Shown here one piece after another: positions 52,651 through 62,612 of a stretch of DNA of 64,000 nt. Made by a program: the position numbers and the translations under genes. The DNA is from Pseudomonadota bacterium (lineage in GTDB: Bacteria; Pseudomonadota; Alphaproteobacteria; Sphingomonadales; Sphingomonadaceae). The notes beneath the pieces were generated by a model. That model searched no databases. It was not told where the DNA came from and saw only the letters and a program-made list of their open reading frames with translations. Within the stretch, counting starts at the first letter, position 1, and every line of letters starts with the position of its first letter. The DNA lies in the NCBI GenBank assembly GCA_040390605.1, contig JAZJXZ010000017.1, positions 34,948 through 98,947 on the forward strand, given 5' to 3'.

Positions 52651-54948
52651 TCAAAACCCGTAACCGACCCGCACGCCGAAGGTGCGCGGGCGCAGGATGG
52701 CGTAGCGGCTGTAGACGAAGGATTCGGGGTGGACATAGGTGGTCGCCCGGCTGTTGCCGAGATTCTCGACATAGAAGGTGGTGCTGAACTTGCCGATCCG
52801 GATGCCGGTCTGAACGTTGACATAGGTGTAGGTGTCGGACGGCGCATAGAGCGCGCTCGCCACGCCCGGCTTGCCCGGGACATTGGGGAAGCCGTTGGGG
52901 AAGGATCCGACATGCTCGATCTGGAAGCTGGTGAAGCCGCTTGCCCCGCTGCCCAGGCTATAGCCGTAGCTGCCGAAGAAGGCGCCCTGCAGGTGCGGAG
53001 CGGCGAGGCGCGCGCCCTTTACCGCGCCGGAGATCGCGGCCTGCTGCGCAGTGATGTCGGTGACCTTGGAATCGTTGATCGAGCCGTTGAGGCCGAAGGT
53101 CAGGCCGCGCGTCGGGGTCAGCGTGATCTCGGCCTCGATCCCCTTGCTCACCGCGCCGGCGATGTTGGTGGCGAACTGGATCGAGTCCGACTGGCGGTTG
53201 GCCTGCACCTGGATGTTGCGCCAGGCGATATAATAGGCCGCGAGATTGACGGTCAGCTTGCCGTCGAGGAAGCGGCCCTTGGCGCCGACCTCGTAATTGG
53301 TGAGATTATCCGATCCCGCGCCGGCCGGAATGACCAGATCGGTGGGATCGACCGTGCTCACGCTGCCGGCACGCCCGTTATAGACCGGCGTGCGGTAGCC
53401 GGTGGAGACCGTGCCGTAGAGCGTCAGGTCGTGCGATGGCTGATAGTTCACGCTCGCCTTCCACGACGCCTTCGAAGCGCTCGGGTAGCGGGTGTGCGTC
53501 GCCGCGGTGGGCACCTGGGCCAGCGGCCCGGAGATGCCGAACAGCGCATAGGTGAAATAGGCCGAGTTGAACCCGGGGAAGGTGTCCACTGTGCCGCCAT
53601 ATTTGCCCCAGCGAATGCCGCCGGACACGGCAAGCTGCGACGTGGCATGCCAGGTGACATCGCCGAACCCGGCCAGCTCATAGGTACGCGTATCGCTGGG
53701 AAAGGTGACGAAGGTGCCGTCCGCGGGCAGGCCGGTGATGCCGCGCGCGGCAAGGAACGCGGGGGTCGATGTCTCGCGTCCGTCGAGATAGAGATCGCGG
53801 TGGAGATAATAGGCGCCGACCGTCCAGTCGATCTTGCCGCCCGGGTTGGAGGATAGACGCGTCTCCTGCACGGAGGTCTTCCAGATGCCGTGGTCGAACA
53901 GATAGAAGGGAATGGCCTTGTTGATCGGCACCGTGGCGCTGGCGAAAGTGCCGGTCAGGTCGACGTCGAACTGGCCGTCCTGATAGCCATAGCTGGTCGA
54001 GTTGGTGAGGTGCGCGAAGTCCATGCCATAGTCGATCGTCGCGCTGTAGAGCTGGGTCTTCGAGGTGTAGAGATCTGGGATGGTGGTGTAGCGCTTGCGG
54101 TCGCCCAGCGACGGGGTGGTCAGCGAGGCGTCCTCGGGATGGCTGTTCTCGTAGATGCCGGTCAGGCGGATGCTCAGCGCCTCGCTCGGCTTCCATAACA
54201 GGCTGGCGCGACCGCCCCAGTCGCTCAGCGTGTTGGCGTTCTTCACGCCGGTGCCAACATTGTCGATAAAGCCTTCCTCATGGCGGTAGAAACCGACCAC
54301 GCGCAGGCCGAGCGTGTCGCTCGCCAGCGGCACGTTGACCATGCCGTTGTAGCGCTGGCGGATGCCCCCGCCATCGGGCGTCACGCCGATATCGGCCAGC
54401 GCCGAGGCGTCGCTCTTCGTCAGGTCCGGCGCCTGGGTCAGGATGCGTAGCGCGCCCGACAGCGAACCCGAGCCGAACAGCGTGCCCTGCGGGCCGCGCA
54501 GGAACTCGACCCGCTCGATATCGTAGAGATTGGGGTCGAGCGTGACCGAATTGCCGATCGTGGTGAGCGGCAGCTCGTCGAGATAGACAGTGGTGCTGCT
54601 TTGCAAACCGGCCTGATAGCCGTTGGTCGAGATGCCGCGTGTGGTGACGCTGACATTGTTGGCACTGCGCTGGTCGAGCACCACGCCCGGGGTTTCGCGC
54701 GCGATGCCCTCGAAGCCGACGATGCCTTTCTGGGTCAGCTGTTCCTGGCTGAAGGCGGTGACGCTCATCGGCACGTCCTGCAGCCGCTCGCTGCGCCGCG
54801 TCGCGGTGACGATGACGTCGTTGGGATCGCCCGCGTCCTGCGCGTTGGCGGCGGGAGCGGCCGGGGCGGCGGAGCCGGTCTGCGCGGTGGCGGGCGCGGC
54901 GGCGGCGATCAGCGCCAGCAGCGACGATGTATAAATCAGCTGTTTCAT
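52651..54948 (-). CDS. TonB-dependent receptor
   Basis: Start MKQLIYTSSLLALIAAAAPATAQ, with GAGGAGAGGGA upstream. Plug region DVIVTATRR. Terminal ...RVGYGF. Confidence 0.9.
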   Translation of the reverse strand: MKQLIYTSSLLALIAAAAPATAQTGSAAPAAPAANAQDAGDPNDVIVTATRRSERLQDVPMSVTAFSQEQLTQKGIVGFEGIARETPGVVLDQRSANNVSVTTRGISTNGYQAGLQSSTTVYLDELPLTTIGNSVTLDPNLYDIERVEFLRGPQGTLFGSGSLSGALRILTQAPDLTKSDASALADIGVTPDGGGIRQRYNGMVNVPLASDTLGLRVVGFYRHEEGFIDNVGTGVKNANTLSDWGGRASLLWKPSEALSIRLTGIYENSHPEDASLTTPSLGDRKRYTTIPDLYTSKTQLYSATIDYGMDFAHLTNSTSYGYQDGQFDVDLTGTFASATVPINKAIPFYLFDHGIWKTSVQETRLSSNPGGKIDWTVGAYYLHRDLYLDGRETSTPAFLAARGITGLPADGTFVTFPSDTRTYELAGFGDVTWHATSQLAVSGGIRWGKYGGTVDTFPGFNSAYFTYALFGISGPLAQVPTAATHTRYPSASKASWKASVNYQPSHDLTLYGTVSTGYRTPVYNGRAGSVSTVDPTDLVIPAGAGSDNLTNYEVGAKGRFLDGKLTVNLAAYYIAWRNIQVQANRQSDSIQFATNIAGAVSKGIEAEITLTPTRGLTFGLNGSINDSKVTDITAQQAAISGAVKGARLAAPHLQGAFFGSYGYSLGSGASGFTSFQIEHVGSFPNGFPNVPGKPGVASALYAPSDTYTYVNVQTGIRIGKFSTTFYVENLGNSRATTYVHPESFVYSRYAILRPRTFGVRVGYGF

Positions 54949-55032
54949 GTCCCTCTCCTCCTCGCAGCCGCGCCTTGGTGGCGCCGTTTTGCGATGCGCG
55001 AGACATCGCACTGCGCAACGGGGCAAGTCAAT

Positions 55033-55050
55033 ACTGACTTATTCGTCAGT
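55033..55050. promoter_or_regulatory. 6-6-6 palindrome in the AT-rich region upstream of the second receptor/TetR operon
   Basis: ACTGAC ttattc GTCAGT, 85 nt upstream of the receptor start. Possible TetR operator; weak evidence. Confidence 0.25.
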
Positions 55051-55274
55051 CAGTTTTATGAAAATGCGAAACCCGGAAAAGCGCCGCATGCCATACGGTT
55101 GGGCGGTCGATGTCCGCCGCTAACAAATCTACCTGTTTGCCATCGCAGCTGTGCGAGGTCTGTCGGCCGTCGCCGCCGCCCGGTAATCGGGGTGCCCGCC
55201 CCGTCTTTCCTATCGCAATATGTGTCGGACCCGAAACGATCCCATTTAAATCAGTCGTTTAGATTCTTTCGCGC

Positions 55275-57605
55275 ATGGTGGGGGCAGGAGTAAGGAGCGT
55301 TGCGCGCGTGCGAGCGAAAGGGCCCAGGACCGCGAACCATTTCAGCAGGCGATTCGTCCTGGCCGTGGTCGTGCCGGTGCTTCTGCTCGCTTTGGGGCTG
55401 ACCGTCTTCGCCTTCTCCTCGCTGCGATCGGCAGCGCAGCAGGCGGACGGGGTGTCGATCGCGAAACAGGCCAGGGAGGCCGGCGTCGCGGTCAACGCGG
55501 CACTCGACGAACTGGCGCAGAGCCAGAGCGGCGTGGCGATCTGGGACCCGGCGGTGAGCGAACTCCGCAAGCCGAAGCCGGACTGGGACTGGATCGACAA
55601 CAATGTCGGGACATGGCTCAATTTCGTCTTCGCGCACGACGCGGATTTCATCCTCGGTGCCGACGATCGCCCCGTTTATGCCATGGTGAACGGCACGCGC
55701 GTGACGCCCGGGCGCTTCGCGCGCTTCGCTGCCGCGTCCGCCGACCTGGTCGACGCCGCCCGTGGCAGGACCGCGGGCCCCGCGAACCCGCATGAGCGCC
55801 TCCCGGGCCGGCCGGCCGCTCCAGGTTCGACGGTGAGGACCTCGCCGCGCGCGATCCACGCGACCGACCTGGTCTCGATCGGCGGACGACCCGCTGCGAT
55901 GAGCGTGATGCGGATGATCCCGGACACGGCGAAGGTGGCGCCGACGCCCGGCAAGGAGCCTTTGCTGGTCAGTGTTCGCTATCTCGACACGAGTTTCACG
56001 CACAACCTGGCGAGGGAGCAATTCCTGGTCGGCGCCCGCGTCGCACAGTCCGGGCGGTTGCGGCCGGGCGAGCTTTCGCTGCCGCTCACGTCCGGGCGTG
56101 GGCAGCGTGTCGGCTACCTTGCCTGGCAAGCCGACCGGCCGGGGCGGGCAGTGTGGAGCGCGATGGCGCCAACGGCAGGCCTGGCACTGATTGGGCTGCT
56201 GGCCGCGCTTGGCGCACTGATCTTCGTCGTCGGCAAGCTGATGGGGCGCGATGCCCGCTCGATCGAGCAACTCGCCTCGGCGCATCTCGAGTTGAAGGCG
56301 AAGGAGGCCCAGGCACACCACCTCGCCTATCACGATACGCTTACCGGGTTGCCCAATCGCGCCTTTTTCAATGCCGCCGGAGACCAGGCCGCGGCCGGAT
56401 CGCCGGGGGAGGTGCCCTGTGCGATCCTGCTGATCGACCTCGACCGCTTCAAGCAGGTCAACGACACGCTGGGACACCTCGGCGGCGACATCCTGATCAA
56501 GGAGGTGGCGCAGCGGCTGAAAACGCTGACCGGCGCCAGCGACGTCGTGGCACGCCTGGGCGGCGACGAATTCGCCATCCTGCTGAACGAGCCGGGATCG
56601 CAGGCTGAGGTCGGTGCGGTTGCCGAGGCGATGGTCGTGGCGCTGCGCCAGCCGTTCGAGGTGCTTGGCACCACCGTCTATATCGGCGCCAGCATCGGCA
56701 TCGCCCATTGCCAGACGTGCAGCGGCGATCGCTCGGAGCTGATGCGCAAGGCCGACATCGCGATGTACCGCGCCAAGGCCGAGGGGCGTGACGGCTTTCG
56801 CTTCTTCACCGACGACATGGATGCGAGCGTGAAGTTCCGCCGCGAGATCGAGCGGGACTTGCGGGAAGCGATTGCCGACAAGCGAGATCTCCAGGTGCAT
56901 TACCAGCCCCAGATGGACGCGTCCGGCAAAAATGTGATCGGGCTGGAAGCACTGTTGCGATGGGAGCATCCGGAGCGCGGATCCCTGTCGCCGCAAATCT
57001 TCGTTCCGATCGCCGAGGAAACCGGGCTGATTCGCGAGCTCGGCCTGTGGGTAATGCGCGAGGCCTGCGATGTGGCGCGGGCCTGGCCCGATGTGTCGAT
57101 GGCGATCAATCTGTCGGCCATCCAGTTCCGCATGCGGAACTTCGCGACCGAGATCGCAGCGATCGTTCGCGCAGCAGGGGTCAAGCCGAGTCAGATCGAA
57201 CTCGAGGTGACCGAAAGCGTGCTGCTGGACGACGACGAAAACGTCAGGACGGCGCTGCGGACGTTGAGGAACGCGGGCTTCCGCATCGCGCTCGACGACT
57301 TCGGCACCGGATATTCGAGTCTGAGCTATTTGAGCAAGTTCGAGGTCGACAAGATCAAGATCGATCAAAGCTTCACCAGCCGCCTCGGCCAGACGGACGA
57401 CGCCGCCGCGATCATTTACGCCGTCGTCCGGCTCGGCCACGCAATGGGCTTGTCCGTTTCGGCCGAAGGCGTGGAAACAACCGAGCAGCAGGCGTTTCTT
57501 CAGGGCGCCGGATGCAATGAGCTTCAGGGCTTTCTCTTCTCGCCCGCGGTCCCACACGCCGCGGTCGGCTCGTTCATGCGGCGGCACCGCCGGGCCGCTG
57601 CCTAG
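55275..57605 (+). CDS. sensor GGDEF-EAL protein with periplasmic (CHASE4-like) domain
   Basis: Two TM segments flank a roughly 250-aa periplasmic region. GGDEF (RLGGDEFAILL) and EAL (EALLRWEHP, DDFGTGYSSLSYL, KIDQSF) motifs. Start uncertain. Confidence 0.85.
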   Translation: MVGAGVRSVARVRAKGPRTANHFSRRFVLAVVVPVLLLALGLTVFAFSSLRSAAQQADGVSIAKQAREAGVAVNAALDELAQSQSGVAIWDPAVSELRKPKPDWDWIDNNVGTWLNFVFAHDADFILGADDRPVYAMVNGTRVTPGRFARFAAASADLVDAARGRTAGPANPHERLPGRPAAPGSTVRTSPRAIHATDLVSIGGRPAAMSVMRMIPDTAKVAPTPGKEPLLVSVRYLDTSFTHNLAREQFLVGARVAQSGRLRPGELSLPLTSGRGQRVGYLAWQADRPGRAVWSAMAPTAGLALIGLLAALGALIFVVGKLMGRDARSIEQLASAHLELKAKEAQAHHLAYHDTLTGLPNRAFFNAAGDQAAAGSPGEVPCAILLIDLDRFKQVNDTLGHLGGDILIKEVAQRLKTLTGASDVVARLGGDEFAILLNEPGSQAEVGAVAEAMVVALRQPFEVLGTTVYIGASIGIAHCQTCSGDRSELMRKADIAMYRAKAEGRDGFRFFTDDMDASVKFRREIERDLREAIADKRDLQVHYQPQMDASGKNVIGLEALLRWEHPERGSLSPQIFVPIAEETGLIRELGLWVMREACDVARAWPDVSMAINLSAIQFRMRNFATEIAAIVRAAGVKPSQIELEVTESVLLDDDENVRTALRTLRNAGFRIALDDFGTGYSSLSYLSKFEVDKIKIDQSFTSRLGQTDDAAAIIYAVVRLGHAMGLSVSAEGVETTEQQAFLQGAGCNELQGFLFSPAVPHAAVGSFMRRHRRAAA

Positions 57606-57742
57606 GCTGTCGCGGGAATCGGTGTCCTCCCGGCCCACGCCGCCGGCGCTCGCCATCAGCTGCTTCATGCCGGAGAGACATTGCCGCCGCGCGCGTTTCG
57701 TGAAGGATTGTTCGCCACGGCCGCCCTTGCTATCGCGCCATC

Positions 57743-57976
57743 ATGCAGCAGCCGCCCGAAATCGTCCGTACCGCCCATGCCCGCATCGCCTGTGACGGTG
57801 CGAGCGACATTCCCGGTGGCGCGGCGCTCGGCCATCCACGCGTGTTCCTGCAGATCGACGAGCACGGCTATGTCGATTGCGGCTATTGCGACCGCCGCTT
57901 CGTGTTGATCGGCGGGCCGGCCGATGGCGTCGATCAGTCGACCTTGCCCGACCATCCGGCTGGCGCCAGCGTTTAA
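57743..57976 (+). CDS. zf-CHCC type zinc-finger protein (NDUFS6-like)
   Basis: 77 aa. IACDG....LGHPRVFLQIDEHGYVDCGYCDRRFVL matches the small zinc-finger family conserved in alphaproteobacteria. Confidence 0.7.
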   Translation: MQQPPEIVRTAHARIACDGASDIPGGAALGHPRVFLQIDEHGYVDCGYCDRRFVLIGGPADGVDQSTLPDHPAGASV

Positions 57977-57994
57977 CGCGACTATATCGGGGGC

Positions 57995-59425
57995 ATGACC
58001 CAGCCCGCAGACCCCCGCGCCTTCCTCTACCATGACGGCCAGCTCTCGCCCGACGAGGCCCAGCGCCTGACCGCCTCCGCCCTGTCGAAGGCTGATGATG
58101 GCGAACTCTATCTGCAATATCGCAAGACCGAAGCGTTCGGGTTCGACGACGGGCGGCTGAAGACCGCGAGCTACGACACGCAGAGCGGCTTCGGCCTGCG
58201 CGCGGTGTCTGGCGAGACCACCGCCTTCGCCCATGCCAATGAGCTGAGCGGCGCCGCGATCCTGCGCGCCGCCGACACCATGGCGCTGATCGATCCCTCG
58301 GCCTCGCCCAAGGCGCCGCCGCCGCAGCACACCAACCGCCACCTCTACACCGATGGCGATCCGCTCGACCTGGTGCCCTTCGCGGACAAGGTGAACCTCT
58401 GCCAGACGATCGACGCCGCTGCCCGCGCCCGCGATCCGCGCGTGGCGCAGGTCTCGGTGTCGCTGTCGGGCAGCTGGCAGGTGGTCGAGATCGTCCGCCC
58501 CGACGGCTTCGTCGCGACCGACGTGCGGCCTCTGGTGCGGCTCAACGTGTCGATCGTGGTGGAGCAGAATGGCCGCCGCGAGACCGGCACCTTCGGCCTT
58601 GGCGGGCGCTATCTCTACGACCAGCTGTTCCAGCCAGAGACCTGGAACCGCGCGATCGACGAGGCGCTGGCCCAGGCAATCGTCAACCTCGACTCGGTCG
58701 CCGCGCCGGCCGGCGAGATGACCGTGCTGCTCGGGCCCGGCTGGCCCGGCATCCTGCTGCACGAGGCGATCGGCCACGGTCTGGAAGGCGACTTCAACCG
58801 CAAGGGCACCAGCGCTTTCTCCGGCCGCATCGGCGAGCGCGTCGGCGCGCCCGGCGTCACGGTGGTCGATGACGGCTCGATCGCCGACAAGCGCGGTTCG
58901 CTGTCGATCGACGACGAGGGCACGCCGACGCAGGAGAATATCCTGATCGAGGACGGCATCCTGAAGGGTTACATCCAGGACCGATTGAACGCCCGGCTGA
59001 TGGGTGTGGCGCCGACCGGCAATGGCCGGCGCGAGAGCTTCCAGCACGCGCCGATGCCGCGCATGACCAACACCTTCATGCGCGCCGGCAAGGACGATCC
59101 GGCCGAGCTGCTGTCACGGGTGAAGAACGGCATCTTCGCCAAGTCGTTCGGCGGCGGGCAGGTCGACATCGTGTCGGGCAAGTTCGTCTTCTCCTGCACG
59201 GAAGCCTACAAGATCGAGAACGGCCGGATCGGCGCGCCGATCAAGGGCGCAACGCTGATCGGCGACGGCCCGACCGCGCTGACCAAGGTGATCGGCATCG
59301 GCAACGACTTCGCGCTCGACGAGGGTGTCGGCATGTGCGGCAAGGGCGGGCAGAGCGTGCCGGCCGGCGTCGGCCAGCCGACGCTACTGATGGAAGGGCT
59401 GACGGTCGGCGGGACGGCGGTTTAG
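57995..59425 (+). CDS. tldD: metalloprotease TldD
   Basis: 476 aa. HEAIGHGLEGD zinc motif, and TldD/PmbA architecture throughout. Confidence 0.9.
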   Translation: MTQPADPRAFLYHDGQLSPDEAQRLTASALSKADDGELYLQYRKTEAFGFDDGRLKTASYDTQSGFGLRAVSGETTAFAHANELSGAAILRAADTMALIDPSASPKAPPPQHTNRHLYTDGDPLDLVPFADKVNLCQTIDAAARARDPRVAQVSVSLSGSWQVVEIVRPDGFVATDVRPLVRLNVSIVVEQNGRRETGTFGLGGRYLYDQLFQPETWNRAIDEALAQAIVNLDSVAAPAGEMTVLLGPGWPGILLHEAIGHGLEGDFNRKGTSAFSGRIGERVGAPGVTVVDDGSIADKRGSLSIDDEGTPTQENILIEDGILKGYIQDRLNARLMGVAPTGNGRRESFQHAPMPRMTNTFMRAGKDDPAELLSRVKNGIFAKSFGGGQVDIVSGKFVFSCTEAYKIENGRIGAPIKGATLIGDGPTALTKVIGIGNDFALDEGVGMCGKGGQSVPAGVGQPTLLMEGLTVGGTAV

Positions 59426-59436
59426 ATCGACACTCG

Positions 59437-59547
59437 CTCCCCTCCCTGGACAAGGGAGGGGCTGGGGGGTGGGTCGGCCCGTAAGGGAGCGTTCAGTCCG
59501 CCCCATACCGACCCACCCCCGACCCCTCCCTTGTCCAGGGAGGGGAG
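59437..59547. repeat. second REP/BIME-like pair of inverted hairpin units (a different family)
   Basis: 59437-59477 (ctcccctccctggacaagggaggggctggggggtgggtcgg) and 59508-59547 (ccgacccacccccgacccctcccttgtccagggaggggag) are near reverse complements. Each carries a CCCTCCCT/AGGGAGGG hairpin. Confidence 0.7.
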
Positions 59548-59567
59548 AAAGACAGGGGAACGCGGTG

Positions 59568-60503
59568 ATGACAAACCCATGGCCCGAACTCGACTGGCCC
59601 GCCTGGCGCGAGACGGCGATCGGGCTGCAGCTGCGCACCCAGATCATCGGCAAGCTGCGGCTCGCGCTGACGCCGTGGCTCAACCATAGCTGGCATGTGC
59701 CGCTCTATCTGACCGCGCGCGGCCTGAGCACATCGTCGATCCCCTGTGGCGCGCGCATCCTGCAGGTCGACTTCGACCTGATCGCCGAATCGGTGGTGTT
59801 CGCGACCAGCGATGGCCGTGTCCGGACGATCCCGCTCGCCGCCGGCACGATCGCCGGCTTCCACGCCGCAGTGCTGGCCGCGCTCGCCGATCTCGGTATC
59901 GCGGTGACGATCGATCCCAGGCCGAGCGAGATGCCCGACGCCGTGCCCTTCGCCGAAGACGACACAGAGCGACCTTACGATGCCGAGGCGGCGCGGCGCT
60001 TCTGGCGCGCACTGATCCAGGCGGCGCGGGTGTTCGGCGAGTTCCGCACCGGCTTTCTCGGCAAGGCGAGCCCGACGCATTTCTTCTGGGGCAGTTTCGA
60101 CCTCGCCTCGACGCGCTTCTCGGGACGCGTGGCGCCGCGCCATCCCGGCGGCCTCCCCGGCCTGCCCGACGCTGTGACCTGCGAGGCGTACAGCCATGAG
60201 GAAGCGAGCATCGGCTTCTGGCCGGGCAGCGACGCTTATCCCCAGGCGGCCTTCTACGCTTACGCCTACCCCGCACCGGCTGGTTACGGAGAAGCGAACG
60301 TCGAACCGGCAGCCGCCGCCTATGACACGACGATGGGCGAGTTCCTTTTACCCTACGACGCCGTGCGCACCGCAGCGGACCCCGATGCCGCGCTGCTGGC
60401 CTTTTGCCGCTCGACCTATGACGCCGCGGCCGATCTCGGCGGCTGGGACCGAGCCAGTCTGGAATGCCCGCTCGGCCGGCCGCGGGTGCCGCGCGTCGTA
60501 TGA
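59568..60503 (+). CDS. DUF5996-like hypothetical protein
   Basis: Start MTNPWPELDWPAWRETAIGLQLRTQIIGKLRLALTPWLNHSWHVPLY. The upstream part of the ORF lies in the REP element. The family call is from memory. Confidence 0.55.
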   Translation: MTNPWPELDWPAWRETAIGLQLRTQIIGKLRLALTPWLNHSWHVPLYLTARGLSTSSIPCGARILQVDFDLIAESVVFATSDGRVRTIPLAAGTIAGFHAAVLAALADLGIAVTIDPRPSEMPDAVPFAEDDTERPYDAEAARRFWRALIQAARVFGEFRTGFLGKASPTHFFWGSFDLASTRFSGRVAPRHPGGLPGLPDAVTCEAYSHEEASIGFWPGSDAYPQAAFYAYAYPAPAGYGEANVEPAAAAYDTTMGEFLLPYDAVRTAADPDAALLAFCRSTYDAAADLGGWDRASLECPLGRPRVPRVV

Positions 60504-61309
60504 CCGACGATCTCGCCGCCTATCTCGCGCGAATCGGCATCGCCGGTCCTGTCGCGCCCGATCGCGCGACGCTGGCGCGGATCGTTGCAGCGCATACGGC
60601 GTCGATCCCGTTCGAGGGGATCGACGGCATGCTCGGCACGCCGGTGGTGCTCGACCATGAGGTGCTGATGGCCAAGCTGGTCCACGGGCAGCGCGGCGGC
60701 TTCTGCTTCGAGCAGAACCGGCTGCTCGCGGCGATGCTGGAGGAGATCGGCTTTGCCGTGACCGCACTGGGCGCGCGGGTGCTGTGGAATGCGCCGCCCG
60801 ATGCGGTGACACCGCTGACGCACATGCTGTTGCGCGTCGACCTGGCCGAGGGGCCGGTGATCGTCGATGCAGGGTTCGGCGGCAACACGCCTACCGGCCC
60901 GCTCGCCCTGATCGCCGATCGCGCCCAGGCCACGCCGCACGAGCAATACCGCCTGACCCGCGCCGGCGATTACTGGGTGCAGGCGGTGTCGATCGGCGGC
61001 GAATGGCGGCCAACCTATCGCTTCACGCTGGAGCCGCAGCACCGCGCCGATCACGAACTGGGCAGTTGGTACATGTCGACCAATCCGCGGTCGCACTTCG
61101 TGTTCGGCCTGACCTGCGCACTGGCCCTGCCCGATCGCCGGCTGGCGCTGCGCAACTTCGACTTCGCCGTTCATCACCTGGGCGGCGAGACCGAGCGCCG
61201 CCAGCTCGCCGATGCGGCAGCGGTCTGCGATGTGGTGGAGAAGGAGATCGGTATCCGCCTGCCCGACCGGGACGCGTTCGTCAGGCGGGTCGAACAGGGT
61301 ATCGCCTGA
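60500..61309 (+). CDS. arylamine N-acetyltransferase
   Basis: LAAYLARIGI...IPFEGID...RGGFCFEQN (catalytic Cys). ...DAGFGG... ATGA overlap with the upstream gene. Confidence 0.85.
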   Translation: MTDDLAAYLARIGIAGPVAPDRATLARIVAAHTASIPFEGIDGMLGTPVVLDHEVLMAKLVHGQRGGFCFEQNRLLAAMLEEIGFAVTALGARVLWNAPPDAVTPLTHMLLRVDLAEGPVIVDAGFGGNTPTGPLALIADRAQATPHEQYRLTRAGDYWVQAVSIGGEWRPTYRFTLEPQHRADHELGSWYMSTNPRSHFVFGLTCALALPDRRLALRNFDFAVHHLGGETERRQLADAAAVCDVVEKEIGIRLPDRDAFVRRVEQGIA

Positions 61310-61335
61310 CCCGGCGGGACGATAGACTGCCCGCC

Positions 61336-61905
61336 ATGGCCGATTTCTACGATGCTATCGCCGACGAACACCGCGCCTTCATCGCGAGGCAGCCGGTATT
61401 CTTCGTCGCCACCGCCGCCGATGGCGCGCGCATCAACCTCAGCCCCAAGGGCATGGACAGCTTCCGCGTGCTCGGGCCGAACCGCGTCGCCTATCTCGAT
61501 CTTGGTGGCTCGGGCAACGAGACCCAGGCGCATCTCGCCGCCGACGGCCGCATCACGATCATGTTTTGCGCGTTCGACAACCCCGCGCTGATCCTGCGGC
61601 TCTATGGCCGGGGCAGCTTCGTCATCGCGGGCGAACCCGGCTTCGAAGAGCTCGCCGGGCACTTTCCGCGTCTGCCGGGGGCGCGCCAGATCTTCGATAT
61701 CGCCGTCGACAGCGTCCAGACCAGCTGCGGCTGGGGCGTGCCGCGCATGACGCTGGAGAAGGAACGACTGACATTGGCCAAATACCACGCCCAGCAGCCC
61801 CCCGAGGATCGCCTCGCGAAGATCGCCGACCGCACGCGCAGCATCGACGGCCTGCCGGTGCGCGTGCAGCAGGTCATGCCCGCTTTCGACCCGCTCCCGT
61901 CATGA
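61336..61905 (+). CDS. pyridoxamine 5'-phosphate oxidase family (FMN-binding split barrel) protein
   Basis: MADFYDAIADEHRAFIARQPVFFVATAADGARINLSPKG... The upstream 184 aa of ORF 60784.. are off-frame junk over the NAT gene. Confidence 0.7.
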   Translation: MADFYDAIADEHRAFIARQPVFFVATAADGARINLSPKGMDSFRVLGPNRVAYLDLGGSGNETQAHLAADGRITIMFCAFDNPALILRLYGRGSFVIAGEPGFEELAGHFPRLPGARQIFDIAVDSVQTSCGWGVPRMTLEKERLTLAKYHAQQPPEDRLAKIADRTRSIDGLPVRVQQVMPAFDPLPS

Positions 61906-62105
61906 GCCTGGTGGAAGTGGGTCGCTTCGGCCGCAACGAGGCAAACATCGTCATCGGCCGGCTCGGCTCCGAGGGGATCATCGCGATCGCTTTCGACGAG
62001 GGCGCCAGCATTGCCGATGGCAGCCAGTTCTTCATTCCCGTCCGCGTGATGGTCGATGACGAGGATGCCGAGGTGGCGCGCAGGATCATCGCCGACCCTG
62101 CCTGA
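61902..62105 (+). CDS. DUF2007-like small protein
   Basis: 67 aa, MSLVEVGRFGRNEANIVIGRLGSEGIIAIAFDEG...VRVMVDDEDAEVARRII. ATGA overlap with the upstream gene. Confidence 0.5.
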   Translation: MSLVEVGRFGRNEANIVIGRLGSEGIIAIAFDEGASIADGSQFFIPVRVMVDDEDAEVARRIIADPA

Positions 62106-62181
62106 GAATCGGGCAGCTTCTTCGCAACTGCACAAAATTTACCGCGCGCTAACTTTCGGGCACGCTTTTCCGCGCCCCTAA

Positions 62182-62598
<417 letters not shown>

Positions 62599-62612
62599 TG
62601 AAAGGGGCAGTG

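Noticed and set aside
55251-59047. 805-aa and 460-aa minus-strand ORFs (55251..57668 and 57665..59047)
   Set aside because: They are antisense to the GGDEF-EAL gene and to tldD respectively, and their translations are Arg/Gly-rich junk.
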